Positions 16,464-27,432 are shown, counted from the first letter of the stretch. The stretch: 64,000 nucleotides of DNA from Gammaproteobacteria bacterium (GCA_029245905.1 JAQWOJ010000024.1:6114-70113), one strand, 5' to 3'. Notes: generated by a model not told the origin, from the sequence alone. Program-made: numbers and translations.

Positions 16464-18113
16464 ATGCCGCTTTATCGCAAACGCAAGCTTTTAATTACGA
16501 TCATCTCCATACTTTTCACCAACATTAGCTTTGGTCAGGGTAACGTTAGCGAGGAATCAGCCGCGTGCCAAAAGTTACGACAACTTAATAACCTTAACAT
16601 TACTTCCGCTGAGATAAGAGAGAATGACCAGTCGAACGACCCATATTGTTACATTCGGGGCATAATTTCTCCCGCAATTTATTTCCATGCGCAATTGCCG
16701 CTTCAAAGAAACTGGAATGGACGCTTCCTCCAATGGGGCGACGGAGGAAAAGACGGTGACCTTGATTTCGCAAATCATCGAGTGGCGGAAGGTTACGCTG
16801 TCACCAACAGCAACACTGGGCATGACAACGGAGTAGAACCGGGCGCCTCATTTGCTTTCAACAATAGACAAGCAGAAATAGATTTTGGCTATCGGGCCGT
16901 GCACCTTACGGTCATCGCCGGCAAATTGCTGGTTAACGAGTATTATAATCAAGCTCCTGCATATTCATACTTTGAAGGCTGCTCACAAGGGGGTCGCCAA
17001 GGTCTGATGGAGGCCCAACGCTATCCAAACGATTTTGATGGCATCGTCGCTGGCGCTCCGGCTTTCGCTTACCAAGCTCTAAATGCGTCAGGCGTTTGGA
17101 ATCTACAACAAATGTATCGAAATAACCTTTCCGGAAACCTCGCTGTGGACACGAACGGCAACGGTAGCTATGACAGCCTAAAACTTGTCGACACCCTACA
17201 TAGTCAAGTGCTTAAAAAGTGTGACGCGATTGATGGCATAACCGACGGCGTAATAGACAATCCGATGGTCTGCGACTTTGTGCCCGCTCAAGACCTCAGC
17301 GATTTGATGTGCCCTACTGGTAGAGCATCTGACGAATGCTTTACCGAAGAGCAGATTCAAACAATAACCCAATTCTATAAGGGCCCTGTGGACGATTCGG
17401 GACGGCAAGTTTATCCTGGAAAGGCGCCAGGCTCAGAGCCACGCTGGGTGGGTTTTTACGTCCCTCATAAAGGCAACAATATGGGTCCGTCAAAGTTGAC
17501 TGGAGTTGCAGGTGATCACATGAATTACTTGTTCTACGAAGAAGATCCCGGGATAACGATACCCGATCTTCGTGACTACGAGTATGAAGCAAATACTAGC
17601 GGAGTTTTCCCTGAATTCCATTGGAAAGATTATGACCTTAACGATTTTTACTCAGGGGCCGGCGATCTGATGATGTCCATAACGGACGCCACAGACCCTG
17701 ATTTAGGTCAATTTCTGAGAGACCGCGGGGGAAAACTGATCGTTTACCATGGCTGGGTAGACACGCTAATAGTCGCAGAAGATACCCTAGATTATTTCAA
17801 CGAAATGGTCGACACTACTTTTAGTGGAGACCGAACTGAAGCAAACAATGCAGCGCGACTGTTTATGGCTCCGGGAATGGGTCACTGCGCTGGCGGGCCG
17901 GGACCAAACACTTGGGATAAGTTAGCACCTATAGTGGATTGGGTTGAGAATGGCCTAGCCCCTGATTTTGTGACAGCAGAACATTTAAGCAACGGGCAGG
18001 TTGATAACCAACGACCTCTGTGCCCCTATCCAAAGCAAGCAAGGTATGTGGGGCCGGCGGATGGAAAAGATGATTCGGCCAATTGGATTGAAGCAAATTT
18101 CCAATGCAGATAA
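16464..18113 (+). CDS. Secreted tannase/feruloyl-esterase-family alpha/beta hydrolase
   Basis: 549 aa with a signal peptide. It has the family-typical nucleophile region FEGCSQGGRQG and multiple conserved Cys residues. Confidence 0.8.
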   Translation: MPLYRKRKLLITIISILFTNISFGQGNVSEESAACQKLRQLNNLNITSAEIRENDQSNDPYCYIRGIISPAIYFHAQLPLQRNWNGRFLQWGDGGKDGDLDFANHRVAEGYAVTNSNTGHDNGVEPGASFAFNNRQAEIDFGYRAVHLTVIAGKLLVNEYYNQAPAYSYFEGCSQGGRQGLMEAQRYPNDFDGIVAGAPAFAYQALNASGVWNLQQMYRNNLSGNLAVDTNGNGSYDSLKLVDTLHSQVLKKCDAIDGITDGVIDNPMVCDFVPAQDLSDLMCPTGRASDECFTEEQIQTITQFYKGPVDDSGRQVYPGKAPGSEPRWVGFYVPHKGNNMGPSKLTGVAGDHMNYLFYEEDPGITIPDLRDYEYEANTSGVFPEFHWKDYDLNDFYSGAGDLMMSITDATDPDLGQFLRDRGGKLIVYHGWVDTLIVAEDTLDYFNEMVDTTFSGDRTEANNAARLFMAPGMGHCAGGPGPNTWDKLAPIVDWVENGLAPDFVTAEHLSNGQVDNQRPLCPYPKQARYVGPADGKDDSANWIEANFQCR

Positions 18114-18240
18114 CGGTATAAGGTACAGAATTCGCGACTGCTAGATTCTGCCCTCTAATTATTCTCATTATTGCAATACCGCGCCGTTTGCTGGTAGTTT
18201 TCATAACAGATTTTTAAATAAATAGAGCCAGGAGGTAATT

Positions 18241-18690
18241 ATGAAACTAGGCCTTAAACTTCCTTATTGTTTAGTAATCAGCATTTTCTTTTTAGTAACT
18301 GCTGTGCAAGCTCAAGATATATATCGTGCTCGCCTATCGCCTATGCCGACCACACCCCAAACGGTCAGCACGATTTTGGGCGAGGGTGAGGTCATCCTTA
18401 CTTTGAATGGAAATATACTGACAATAGATGGCTCTTTCACAGGAATGAGCTCTGTCGCAACTGGAGCACATATACATAATGGACCGCCCGCCCAACCCGG
18501 GCCAGTGATTCACACACTTGAAATAACAGAAAATACCAGTGGATCGGTTACCGGAACACTAACTCTTTCAGACGAAGAAATAGAATCGCTAAGAAATAAT
18601 GAGTTTTATATCCAGGTCCATACGGAATCCAACCCACCCGGCGAATTAAGAGGTTGGTTTTTTTTGCGCAGCCACTTTGAAAGAAGTTAA
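18241..18690 (+). CDS. Secreted CHRD-domain protein
   Basis: 149 aa with an AGGAGG RBS and a signal peptide. The CHRD hallmarks GAHIHNGPPAQPGPV and FYIQVHTESNPPGELRG are present. Confidence 0.75.
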   Translation: MKLGLKLPYCLVISIFFLVTAVQAQDIYRARLSPMPTTPQTVSTILGEGEVILTLNGNILTIDGSFTGMSSVATGAHIHNGPPAQPGPVIHTLEITENTSGSVTGTLTLSDEEIESLRNNEFYIQVHTESNPPGELRGWFFLRSHFERS

Positions 18691-18720
18691 CGAACAAACA
18701 CTGCAACAGGGAACCGCAAG

Positions 18721-20865
18721 ATGAAGTTAATTACAGCGCCGAAGAAAAAAAATCTCCTTCTAGTAAATTTAATTGTAATAACCTTGACTGCTTGCGGAGA
18801 TAACAGCCCATCACCTTCTGAAACGACCCCCCTCTCTTCAACAGAGTCAAGTTCCAGCTCCTTCGAAAATCAGGCTAATAAAGGATCTAATTTGTTTGCA
18901 GCAAACTGCGCCTCATGCCATGGAACCAATTTGGAAGGAACTACCTTAGGACCCCTACTATCAGGCCGGTCTTTTGTTCAAAGATGGGGAGCCCAAACTC
19001 CCGCGCTGCTTTTAGGAAATATCCGAGCGAATATGCCGCCAGGAGGAAATGAGGCATTGTCTGACGCAGACTATCTTAACATCGTCGCTCATATCCTCGA
19101 AACAAATGGAGTGGACTCGACGGACGAACCGTTGACCGCCGATACAAATTTTACGATTTCAGAAAATATTTCAGAAATAGTTGCGCAGCGCCAAACGCCT
19201 GCGCCTGAGTCCCCAGAGGGTCTAACTGTAGCCGGTAATACAGAAGAGTTTGCTGATTTCACTCCTCTTACCGCGGAAATGTTGCGAAATCCTGATCCTG
19301 CCGATTGGCCAATGCATCGGCGTAACTTTTATGGGCATAGCTACAGTCCACTGGATGAAATTAATATAGATAATGTTAAAAATTTACGCCTCGAATGGGT
19401 TTGGAACATGCATGAAGGCGATTCAGAACCAGCGCCGTTAGTCTACAACGGCATTATTTATTTAATAAATCCAGGGAATGTAATCCAGGCATTGGATGGA
19501 AAAACAGGCGAACTAATCTGGGAGCATTGGAGCGGTCCCGCAAATCGTCAGGATATGCGCAATATCGCCATGTACGAAGATAAAATAATTCAGGCCACAA
19601 CCGATGCAAGGTTAGTGGCATTGGATGCGCGATCCGGAGAACAGCTTTGGGAAACCATCGTGGCAGACAACACAAAAGGGTTTTCGAATTCATCAGGCCC
19701 TATCGTCGCCGATGGCAAAATCATTCAAGGGCTAGCAGGATGCGCGAGGTATATACCCGAGGATTGCTATGTGAGTGCTTACGATGCTGATACAGGTGCT
19801 CTTTTGTGGCAATTCGAGACCATTGCTGAGGCCGGAGAGCCGGGTGGCGACACATGGGGTGATCTTGATAATATTTTTAGAGCCGGAGGCGAAACGTGGA
19901 TCACGGGAAGTTATGATCCAGATCTCAACCTAACTTATTGGGGTACTGCGCAACAAAAACCATGGGTTCCAGTGTCTCGTCATATGACAATCTTTGATGT
20001 GGGGTTATATACCAACTCAACCATAGCGGTTAACACTAACACGGGTGAGTTGGATTGGTTCTTCCAGCATGTCCCGGCTGAGGCTCTTGACCTTGATGAG
20101 GTTTTTGAACGTGTATTGGTTAATCGAGGCGATGATAAACTTGTGTTTTCTCTTGGCAAATATGGCATTCTGTGGAAGAACGACCGTGTTTCAGGGGAAT
20201 TCAAAGGATACACCGAGACCGTCTTTCAAAACGCTTTCTCGCACATAAACTCAGAAACCGGCGAGGTCACTTATAGACAAGATATTCAAAATGCACAATT
20301 GAATGAATGGACCTCTGCTTGTCCGAGTAGCACTGGAGGGAAAGACTGGCACTCTATGACCTACCATCCACCCTCCGGGTTGATGATTGCCCCGCTTAGT
20401 CAAACATGTCTAGAAAACGCCGCTCGCGAAGTGGCGTTGGTTCAAGGAGGTGGAGGGCTGGCAGCTAGTCGCAAGTTCTTCGAAATGCCGGGTACCGATG
20501 GAAATCTGGGTAAGGTTGGAGCTTACAACGTAGATACCATGGAAGAGGTATGGAGCCATCAACAGCGTGCTTCGCTCCATACGGGAACAATTTCTACGGG
20601 TGGAGATTTAGTTTTTGTTGGCGATCTTGATCGCCGGTTTAAGGCATTAGATGTAAATAACGGTGATGTCGTTTGGGAAACTCGGCTCGGCACTTCTGTT
20701 CAAGGGCACCCAGTCTCATTTGCCATCGATGGAAAGCAATATATTGCCGTTACGACTGCTTTAGGTGGAACGAGCCCACGCGTTGTTCCTGGCGTTATTG
20801 CAACCGAAATTACTTATCCAAGATGGGGAAATGCCATCTACGTTTTTTCGTTACCCGAGAATTAA
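18721..20865 (+). CDS. Lipoprotein: N-terminal cytochrome c domain fused to a PQQ-type 8-bladed beta-propeller (copy 1)
   Basis: 714 aa. It has a lipobox (LTACG), a Ser/Pro-rich linker, CASCHG followed by NMPPGG, a quinoprotein-like entry (YSPLDEINIDNVKNLRLEW) and repeated A-x-D-x-x-T/S/N-G-x-x-x-W motifs ([52 protein letters not shown]). Confidence 0.75.
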   Translation: MKLITAPKKKNLLLVNLIVITLTACGDNSPSPSETTPLSSTESSSSSFENQANKGSNLFAANCASCHGTNLEGTTLGPLLSGRSFVQRWGAQTPALLLGNIRANMPPGGNEALSDADYLNIVAHILETNGVDSTDEPLTADTNFTISENISEIVAQRQTPAPESPEGLTVAGNTEEFADFTPLTAEMLRNPDPADWPMHRRNFYGHSYSPLDEINIDNVKNLRLEWVWNMHEGDSEPAPLVYNGIIYLINPGNVIQALDGKTGELIWEHWSGPANRQDMRNIAMYEDKIIQATTDARLVALDARSGEQLWETIVADNTKGFSNSSGPIVADGKIIQGLAGCARYIPEDCYVSAYDADTGALLWQFETIAEAGEPGGDTWGDLDNIFRAGGETWITGSYDPDLNLTYWGTAQQKPWVPVSRHMTIFDVGLYTNSTIAVNTNTGELDWFFQHVPAEALDLDEVFERVLVNRGDDKLVFSLGKYGILWKNDRVSGEFKGYTETVFQNAFSHINSETGEVTYRQDIQNAQLNEWTSACPSSTGGKDWHSMTYHPPSGLMIAPLSQTCLENAAREVALVQGGGGLAASRKFFEMPGTDGNLGKVGAYNVDTMEEVWSHQQRASLHTGTISTGGDLVFVGDLDRRFKALDVNNGDVVWETRLGTSVQGHPVSFAIDGKQYIAVTTALGGTSPRVVPGVIATEITYPRWGNAIYVFSLPEN

Positions 20866-20895
20866 CTAAATTAGTTTTATGATTAGGCTAAAAAT

Positions 20896-23025
20896 ATGAA
20901 AAAAAATAACTACACGTTTGGAGCAGTAATACTAACTATCCTATTCGCCTGTGGAACCGAAGATGCCAATAATTCTGTGTTAGGTTCTTCGAGTGAAGCC
21001 AATCAAGCGCCAGATATATCTTTTTCTTTACAAGCAGACGCTGGCGTACAGGCCTATACAGCCAACTGCGGGACTTGTCATGGCTCTGATTTGCAAGGTA
21101 CAGCCTTAGGCCCCATTCTGAGTGGGAGCGGTTTTCTCGGAAGTTATGGTAGGCAGACGCCTTATGAGTTTTTTAACTTCCTAAAGGCAAACATGCCGCC
21201 AGGGGGAAATGCAGGCATTACCGATGAGAGCTACTGGTCTATAGTCGCTCATGTCATGCGAATGAACGGAGTCGCTGACACTAACCCGACTCTTGATGCT
21301 TCGGCGAACTATGCCATGGCTGAGAACATTCCAGGTATTAATCCGACACTTACTCAACAGCGTGTCGAACCTGATCGGCCCACTGGAGTTGTCGCAACAG
21401 GTACGGTAGAAAATTTCTCACCAGTAACTAACGCAATGCTTACCAATCCCTCGCCGAATGATTGGCTGATGCTCCGAGGTAACTATCAAGCATGGAGCTA
21501 CTCGGAACTGGAACAAATTAATTCCAATAATGTTGGTGATCTTAAACTTGAGTGGATGTGGAACATGCATGAAGGTGACGGCGAGCCCTCACCTCTAGTC
21601 TATAATGGGATAATTTACCTTATTAACACCAGTAATATAATCCAAGCACTTGATGGAAAAACTGGTGAACTCATTTGGGAGCATCATGCAGGGCCATTTG
21701 ACAGCGAAGACATGCGAAATATCGCTATCTATGACGATAAAATACTCCAAGCAACCACTGATGCGCGGCTACTGGCGCTAGACGCACGGAATGGCGAAAA
21801 AATGTGGGAGGTTGAAATTGCGGATGGCTCCAAAGGCTTTGGTAACTCGAGCGGGCCCATCGTCGCTGACGGAAAGGTAATTCAAGGTCTTCTGGGTTGC
21901 TCTCGATTCATTGAAGACGATTGTTATATCAGTGCCCATGATGCTGTGACGGGTGAGCTTGCTTGGAGATTCAACACGATAGCGGAATCGGACGCTCCAG
22001 GGGGCGATACTTGGGGTGGAATAGACGATTTATTTCGTGCGGGCGGCGAAACATGGATTACTGGTTCCTATGACCCAGAACTCAAACTAACCTACTGGGG
22101 CACAGCACAACAGAAACCCTGGATGCCGGCGAGTCGTTCCCTCTCAATTTTTGACGCTGGTTTATTTACAAACTCTACCGTTGCCATAAACGTAGACAAT
22201 GGAGACCTGGACTGGCACTTCCAGCACGTGCCAGCGGAAGCACTAGATTTGGATGAGGTTTTTGAACGAGTTCTTATCGATAGGGGCGAAGATAAGCTGG
22301 TGTTCTCAATCGGCAAGCATGGAATTTTATGGAAACATGACCGCGTCTCTGGAGATTTTATCGACTATAAGGAAACCATATTTCAGAACGCGTTCACCAA
22401 TATCGACTCAAACACTGGCGAAGTAACTTACCGGCAAGATATACAAAATGCGCAGATAGATCAGTGGATCTCTGTCTGTCCATCCACAGCGGGCGGCAAG
22501 GACTGGCACTCTATGAGTTACCATGAGCCCACAACATCGCTAATAATACCTCTGAGCCAATCCTGCCTTGAAATCGCGGCTCGTGAAGTTCCCCTTGTAC
22601 ATGGCGCTGGAGGAACTGCGGCGAATAGGAGGTGGTTTGAAATGCCTGGGTCAGACGGGAACATGGGGAAACTTGCGGCTTATAATATTGACACTATGGA
22701 AGAAGTCTGGTCTTACGAGCAGCGCGCTGCTCTATTAACAGGAGTTCTTTCAACCGCAGGAAATATCGCTTTCGTGGGAGACCTGGACCGTTACTTTAGA
22801 GCTCATGATGCCAGCACGGGAGAAGTTCTATGGGAGACTCGTTTAGGCACATCGGTACAAGGGCACCCTGCGACCTTCAGTATCGATGGCAAACAATATG
22901 TCGCAGTAACAGCGGCTATGGGCGCGAGAGGCGTTAGTCCAAGGACCGTCCCAAGCGTGGTGGCTCCAGATATAAGACACCCGAGCTCTGGTAACGCGCT
23001 TTATGTCTTCAGTCTTGGCAACTAA
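20896..23025 (+). CDS. Lipoprotein: N-terminal cytochrome c domain fused to a PQQ-type beta-propeller (copy 2, tandem paralog)
   Basis: 709 aa. It has a lipobox (LFACG) and CGTCHG. It is colinear with and highly similar to the 18721-20865 product across the whole length. Confidence 0.75.
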   Translation: MKKNNYTFGAVILTILFACGTEDANNSVLGSSSEANQAPDISFSLQADAGVQAYTANCGTCHGSDLQGTALGPILSGSGFLGSYGRQTPYEFFNFLKANMPPGGNAGITDESYWSIVAHVMRMNGVADTNPTLDASANYAMAENIPGINPTLTQQRVEPDRPTGVVATGTVENFSPVTNAMLTNPSPNDWLMLRGNYQAWSYSELEQINSNNVGDLKLEWMWNMHEGDGEPSPLVYNGIIYLINTSNIIQALDGKTGELIWEHHAGPFDSEDMRNIAIYDDKILQATTDARLLALDARNGEKMWEVEIADGSKGFGNSSGPIVADGKVIQGLLGCSRFIEDDCYISAHDAVTGELAWRFNTIAESDAPGGDTWGGIDDLFRAGGETWITGSYDPELKLTYWGTAQQKPWMPASRSLSIFDAGLFTNSTVAINVDNGDLDWHFQHVPAEALDLDEVFERVLIDRGEDKLVFSIGKHGILWKHDRVSGDFIDYKETIFQNAFTNIDSNTGEVTYRQDIQNAQIDQWISVCPSTAGGKDWHSMSYHEPTTSLIIPLSQSCLEIAAREVPLVHGAGGTAANRRWFEMPGSDGNMGKLAAYNIDTMEEVWSYEQRAALLTGVLSTAGNIAFVGDLDRYFRAHDASTGEVLWETRLGTSVQGHPATFSIDGKQYVAVTAAMGARGVSPRTVPSVVAPDIRHPSSGNALYVFSLGN

Positions 23026-23188
23026 CCACCCCGAGGCGGAAATTTTTCTTGTCATAGTGAGAGCAGATCAGAGCCATTGACGTTAGCTAAAACTCCTGAT
23101 CATGCAGTGTTAATAATAACTAAAAGGTGCTGATCCAAGATCAAAGCAGACAGCGCCTATACCGCAAAGAAAATAGCAAGGTTATAAA

Positions 23189-23599
23189 ATGAGCGAAGAA
23201 GCTGAAGAACATGTAGAAACCGAATCCTCAGATGGTCTTGGGAAAATTGAATGGATAGATCTGACCGTGGAAGAAGGTTCGAGAGTTCGTGATTTCTATT
23301 GTTCCGTCGTCGGATGGTCTAGTAGCGAAGAGGATATGGGTAGTTATAGCGACTATAGTATTAATCTCCCTGGAACCAAAGACAGTATTGCGGGGATTTG
23401 TCATGCTCGGGGACCTAATGCAAATCTCCCCGCGCAATGGCTAATGTACGAGAGAGTTAAAAGCGTGTCTGAAAGCGTCGAAAAATGTGAGAGACTAGGA
23501 GGCTCAGTTATTGAAGGACCGCGACGCATGGGAAATCAGCGTTTCTGCGTAATCCAAGATCCTGCCGGGGCGGTACTCGCCTTACTTTCCGACTCGTAA
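23189..23599 (+). CDS. VOC (glyoxalase/bleomycin-resistance fold) family protein
   Basis: 136 aa. It has a beta-alpha-beta-beta-beta-type pattern (IEWIDLTV...FYCSVVGW...FCVIQDPAGAVLAL). Confidence 0.55.
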   Translation: MSEEAEEHVETESSDGLGKIEWIDLTVEEGSRVRDFYCSVVGWSSSEEDMGSYSDYSINLPGTKDSIAGICHARGPNANLPAQWLMYERVKSVSESVEKCERLGGSVIEGPRRMGNQRFCVIQDPAGAVLALLSDS

Positions 23600-23707
23600 A
23601 AAAATGAAGGGCATTTCCGCCAGTTACTAACACCCCCCCAGAAAACTTTTCAGTGTCCCAAACCTGTATGATACAGTTAAATTTGATGGAAAATTCAAGG
23701 CTATATT

Positions 23708-25027
23708 ATGTTGAAATCTCGAGCTGTGAGCCTTCTTTTGAGCACCCTCTGTTGTTCACTCTTAGCGGCGCAAAGCGAAAAACCTAACTTTATTGTTGTC
23801 ATGGCAGATGATCTAGGCTTTGGGGATCTGGGGATTTATGGATCAACCCTTATCGACACACCAAACTTAGATCGAATGGCAAAAGAAGGAATTTATCTCG
23901 ATTCCTTTTACGCCAGCGCTAATGTTTGCACGGCATCCCGGGGGGGGTTGCTTACCGGCCGTTACCCGATTCGACTAAACTTAGTAGATGATGTCGCAAG
24001 ACCGTCAAACCAAATTCACCTGCATGAATCCGAGATTACTATCGCAGAGGCTCTGAGAGAAAATGGATACAGCACCGCTTTGTTTGGTAAGTGGCATTTA
24101 GGATCGCGAGTCGAGTGGTACCCTCTTAACCACGGTTTTGATGAGTTCTATGGAGCTCTTCATTCGAATGACATGGCACCCTTTAAGCTTTACCGTGACG
24201 ACAAAGTAATTGAAGACCCTGTAGATCAGACTACAATAACTCAACGCTATACGACTGAAGCTATCAGATTTATTGAAGAGAATAAGAATAATCCATTTTT
24301 TTTATATTTACCGCATAGCTTTCCCCATGTGCCTCTTTTCGTATCCGAAGAGTTTGAAGGCAGGTCCGCGGCAGGACTTTACGGTGACGTTGTGGAAACA
24401 ATAGATTGGAGTATGGGAAAGATTTTTGAAGCTCTAGAAGACATGGGTTTGGAAGACAACACAATGGTTATCTTTACTTCTGATAACGGCCCTTGGTTCG
24501 AGGGCAGCTCTGGGCAATATCGCGACCGCAAAGGTAGCAGCTGGGAGGGAGGGCTTCGGGTCCCCTTTATCGCGCGCTGGCCCTCCGTAATTGAACCTGG
24601 CCAACGGTCATCTGCGGCCGCTATGAATATCGACGTACTACCAACTATTTTGGACTTCGCCAAGATCTCCCAACCTAAGGATCGGGCAATTGACGGAAAG
24701 AGCCTAAAGGGAATTTTGACTCTTCATGAAAACACCCCGCACGAAGTCTTATACTTGTTCAATAACGACCGGATAGCAGGAGTGCGTAAAGGGAAATGGA
24801 AACTGGTAGTCGAGAGCTTTTATAGATCAGGACTTCCCAGCTTTGACAACACTAACTCTTATTATGGACCCAATGGACTTCTATTTGATTTAGAAAAGGA
24901 CCCGACCGAAACTTATAGTTATACTCGCGAGAACCTGCAAGTAGCAAGAGAGTTACATAAACTGCTGGAGAAAGGTCAAACCGACTTGAAGTCGCACGTT
25001 TTGCCAAATATGTGGAATAGGCCATAG
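23708..25027 (+). CDS. Secreted sulfatase (formylglycine-dependent type) with CTASR instead of CxPxR
   Basis: 439 aa with a signal peptide. It has VMADDLGFGDLG, CTASRGGLLTGRYP, GKWHLG and FTSDNGP. Confidence 0.85.
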   Translation: MLKSRAVSLLLSTLCCSLLAAQSEKPNFIVVMADDLGFGDLGIYGSTLIDTPNLDRMAKEGIYLDSFYASANVCTASRGGLLTGRYPIRLNLVDDVARPSNQIHLHESEITIAEALRENGYSTALFGKWHLGSRVEWYPLNHGFDEFYGALHSNDMAPFKLYRDDKVIEDPVDQTTITQRYTTEAIRFIEENKNNPFFLYLPHSFPHVPLFVSEEFEGRSAAGLYGDVVETIDWSMGKIFEALEDMGLEDNTMVIFTSDNGPWFEGSSGQYRDRKGSSWEGGLRVPFIARWPSVIEPGQRSSAAAMNIDVLPTILDFAKISQPKDRAIDGKSLKGILTLHENTPHEVLYLFNNDRIAGVRKGKWKLVVESFYRSGLPSFDNTNSYYGPNGLLFDLEKDPTETYSYTRENLQVARELHKLLEKGQTDLKSHVLPNMWNRP

Positions 25028-25063
25028 CCCTGCAGAATCGCAAATGTCAGAAAGGTAAAGCTA

Positions 25064-26119
25064 ATGAAAACAATTAAGGGTCCTGGGATTTTCCTAGCAC
25101 AATTCGCTGACGACAAATCGCCGTTTAATTCTCTTGATGAAATAGGGCACTGGGCCTCTGGGCTTGGCTTTAAGGGAGTTCAAATTCCCAGTTGGGACAG
25201 CCGGCTCTTCGACCTAGAAACTGCTGCAGAGAGTCAAGCTTACTGCGATGAAATTAAGGGAACACTTACGCAGCATGGGATAGAACTCACCGAACTTTCT
25301 ACCCACCTGCAGGGTCAACTAGTTGCTGTGCATCCTGCGTATGATTCCATGTTTGATAGCTTTGCGCCCCTTGAAGTGCAAAATAACCCGAAAGCACGTC
25401 AAGTCTGGGCTGCAAATCAGCTTAAGCTAGCTGCCCAAGCCTCCAAAAATCTGGATCTAAAGACTCATGCCAGCTTCCCTGGAGCCTTGGCCTGGCCATA
25501 TTTCTATCCATGGCCCCAAAGACCCACTGGATTGGTAGAACAAGCTTTCGATGAGCTCGCGAAACGCTGGCATCCGATACTGGATGCCTATGATGAGGCA
25601 GGTGTCGATATCGGGTTTGAGATTCACCCTGGCGAAGATTTACACGACGGGGTCACCTTTGAAATGTTCTTGGAAAGAGTAAACAACCATCCTCGGTGTA
25701 ATATCCTTTTCGATCCCAGTCATTTATTTCTGCAACAACTCGACTATCTTGCATTCATGGATGAGTATAAAGATAGAATAAAACTGGTTCACATTAAAGA
25801 TGCGGAATTTAATCCAACAGCCAAACAAGGCGTGTACGGTGGCTACCAATCTTGGGTTAACCGCGCCGCAAGATTTAGGTCACTCGGAGACGGTCAGGTT
25901 GATTTCAAAACCATCTTTTCAAAACTTGCTTCTTATGACTTCGAGGGCTGGGCTGTCTTGGAGTGGGAGTGCTGCTTAAAACACCAAGAAGATGGAGCGG
26001 AAGAGGGCGCTAGATTCATCAATGATCATATTATTCGCGTCACGGACAAAGCTTTCGATGATTTTGCAGGCACTGATGCAGATGAAGAAATGAACAAGAA
26101 AATTCTGGGTATTAATTAG
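25064..26119 (+). CDS. Xylose-isomerase-like TIM-barrel protein (sugar phosphate isomerase/epimerase family)
   Basis: 351 aa with no signal peptide. The family pattern is present: FEIHPGE, HIKDA, LEWE. Confidence 0.75.
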   Translation: MKTIKGPGIFLAQFADDKSPFNSLDEIGHWASGLGFKGVQIPSWDSRLFDLETAAESQAYCDEIKGTLTQHGIELTELSTHLQGQLVAVHPAYDSMFDSFAPLEVQNNPKARQVWAANQLKLAAQASKNLDLKTHASFPGALAWPYFYPWPQRPTGLVEQAFDELAKRWHPILDAYDEAGVDIGFEIHPGEDLHDGVTFEMFLERVNNHPRCNILFDPSHLFLQQLDYLAFMDEYKDRIKLVHIKDAEFNPTAKQGVYGGYQSWVNRAARFRSLGDGQVDFKTIFSKLASYDFEGWAVLEWECCLKHQEDGAEEGARFINDHIIRVTDKAFDDFAGTDADEEMNKKILGIN

Positions 26120-26226
26120 CATAGCTGTAAGCTTTCCTATCTATTAAGCATTATCATAAAGTTGGTGAAAAACAAGTTAATGACAACAACCACTTCAAAG
26201 TTCGATAGAAGAGATCCAAAAAAAGA

Positions 26227-27366
26227 ATGCGAAAAATTAAACTAGGAATGGTTGGAGGTGGCAAGGGCGCCTTTATTGGTGAAATACACCGCATGGCGGC
26301 AAGGCTAGATGATCGATATCAAATAGTGGCCGGCGCCCTTAGCAGTGATCCCAAAATTGCCGCAGCTTCTGCCGAAGAAAACAATATAGAAAAAGGCCGT
26401 AGTTATGATTCTTTTGAAATAATGGCGGAAATGGAAAAAAATCTAGCGAATGGAATAGACGCAGTCGCAATTGTCACCCCCAACCACCTGCATGCTTCAG
26501 TCGCGAAAGCATTTCTAAAAAAAAATATCCATGTTATCTGTGACAAACCAATAACTACAGAGCTCTCTGACGCTGAAGAACTAGAAATCCTAACCAACGA
26601 TTCTGGTTTAATTTTCGCAGTTACCTACAACTACAGCGGTTATCCTATGGTCCGCCAAGCAAAGGAAATGATTGCCGCCGGAAAGCTGGGCAACATACGT
26701 ATTATCCAATTGGAATATGCTCAGGATTGGTTGTCGGAGAGTATTGAGAAAACCGGTCAAAAACAAGCGACGTGGCGGACCAATCCGAAATATGCAGGCA
26801 AGGGAGGAGCAATTGGCGACATCGGTACTCATGCTTTTCATCTGGCGGAATTCATTACAGGGCTGAAAACTAGCGCCCTATTGGCGGACCTCGACTCCTT
26901 TGTGGCTGGCAGAACTTTAGACGATAACGCCAATATACTGATGCAGTACAACAACGGCGCGAAGGGCATGTTATGGGTGAGTCAAGTCGCGAGTGGAAAA
27001 GAAAATGGGCTACAAGTAAGGGTATACGGAGATAAAGCAGGGATAGAGTGGTCACAGGAAGAACCAAATCAATTAAGGTACAGCCCATTGGGGGATTCGA
27101 CGAATATAATTACCCGAGCGGGGTCCGCTGCAGGTCAACTTTCTAACCAGGCGTCTCGGTTACCAAGCGGTCATCCAGAAGGATTTATTGAAGGGTTTGC
27201 AAATATTTATCGGGATACCGCGGATTTAATTGTTGCGCATAACATAGGTCGTCAAATGAATTCTCTAGTCCCTAACATACAAGACGGCGTTCGGGGCATT
27301 CGCTTCATTGAAAAGGTGGTCGCTTCAAATCAGGCAGGGTCTATTTGGTTATCTCTAGAAGACTAG
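26227..27366 (+). CDS. Gfo/Idh/MocA-family NAD(P)-dependent oxidoreductase
   Basis: 379 aa. It has the N-terminal Rossmann segment KLGMVGGGKGAFIGEIH, then VICDKP and a C-terminal alpha/beta domain. Confidence 0.85.
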   Translation: MRKIKLGMVGGGKGAFIGEIHRMAARLDDRYQIVAGALSSDPKIAAASAEENNIEKGRSYDSFEIMAEMEKNLANGIDAVAIVTPNHLHASVAKAFLKKNIHVICDKPITTELSDAEELEILTNDSGLIFAVTYNYSGYPMVRQAKEMIAAGKLGNIRIIQLEYAQDWLSESIEKTGQKQATWRTNPKYAGKGGAIGDIGTHAFHLAEFITGLKTSALLADLDSFVAGRTLDDNANILMQYNNGAKGMLWVSQVASGKENGLQVRVYGDKAGIEWSQEEPNQLRYSPLGDSTNIITRAGSAAGQLSNQASRLPSGHPEGFIEGFANIYRDTADLIVAHNIGRQMNSLVPNIQDGVRGIRFIEKVVASNQAGSIWLSLED

Positions 27367-27432
27367 GATCCAGTCACTGTTACAACTCGGGACAATCAGC
27401 TAAACTAATTTTTCTGGAAAGGAGAACATTGA

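Noticed and set aside
26180-26245. A short upstream ORF (MTTTTSKFDRRDPKKECEKLN) overlaps the start of the Gfo/Idh/MocA gene out of frame.
   Set aside because: There is no RBS and no known leader-peptide logic for this gene family, so it is likely a chance ORF.
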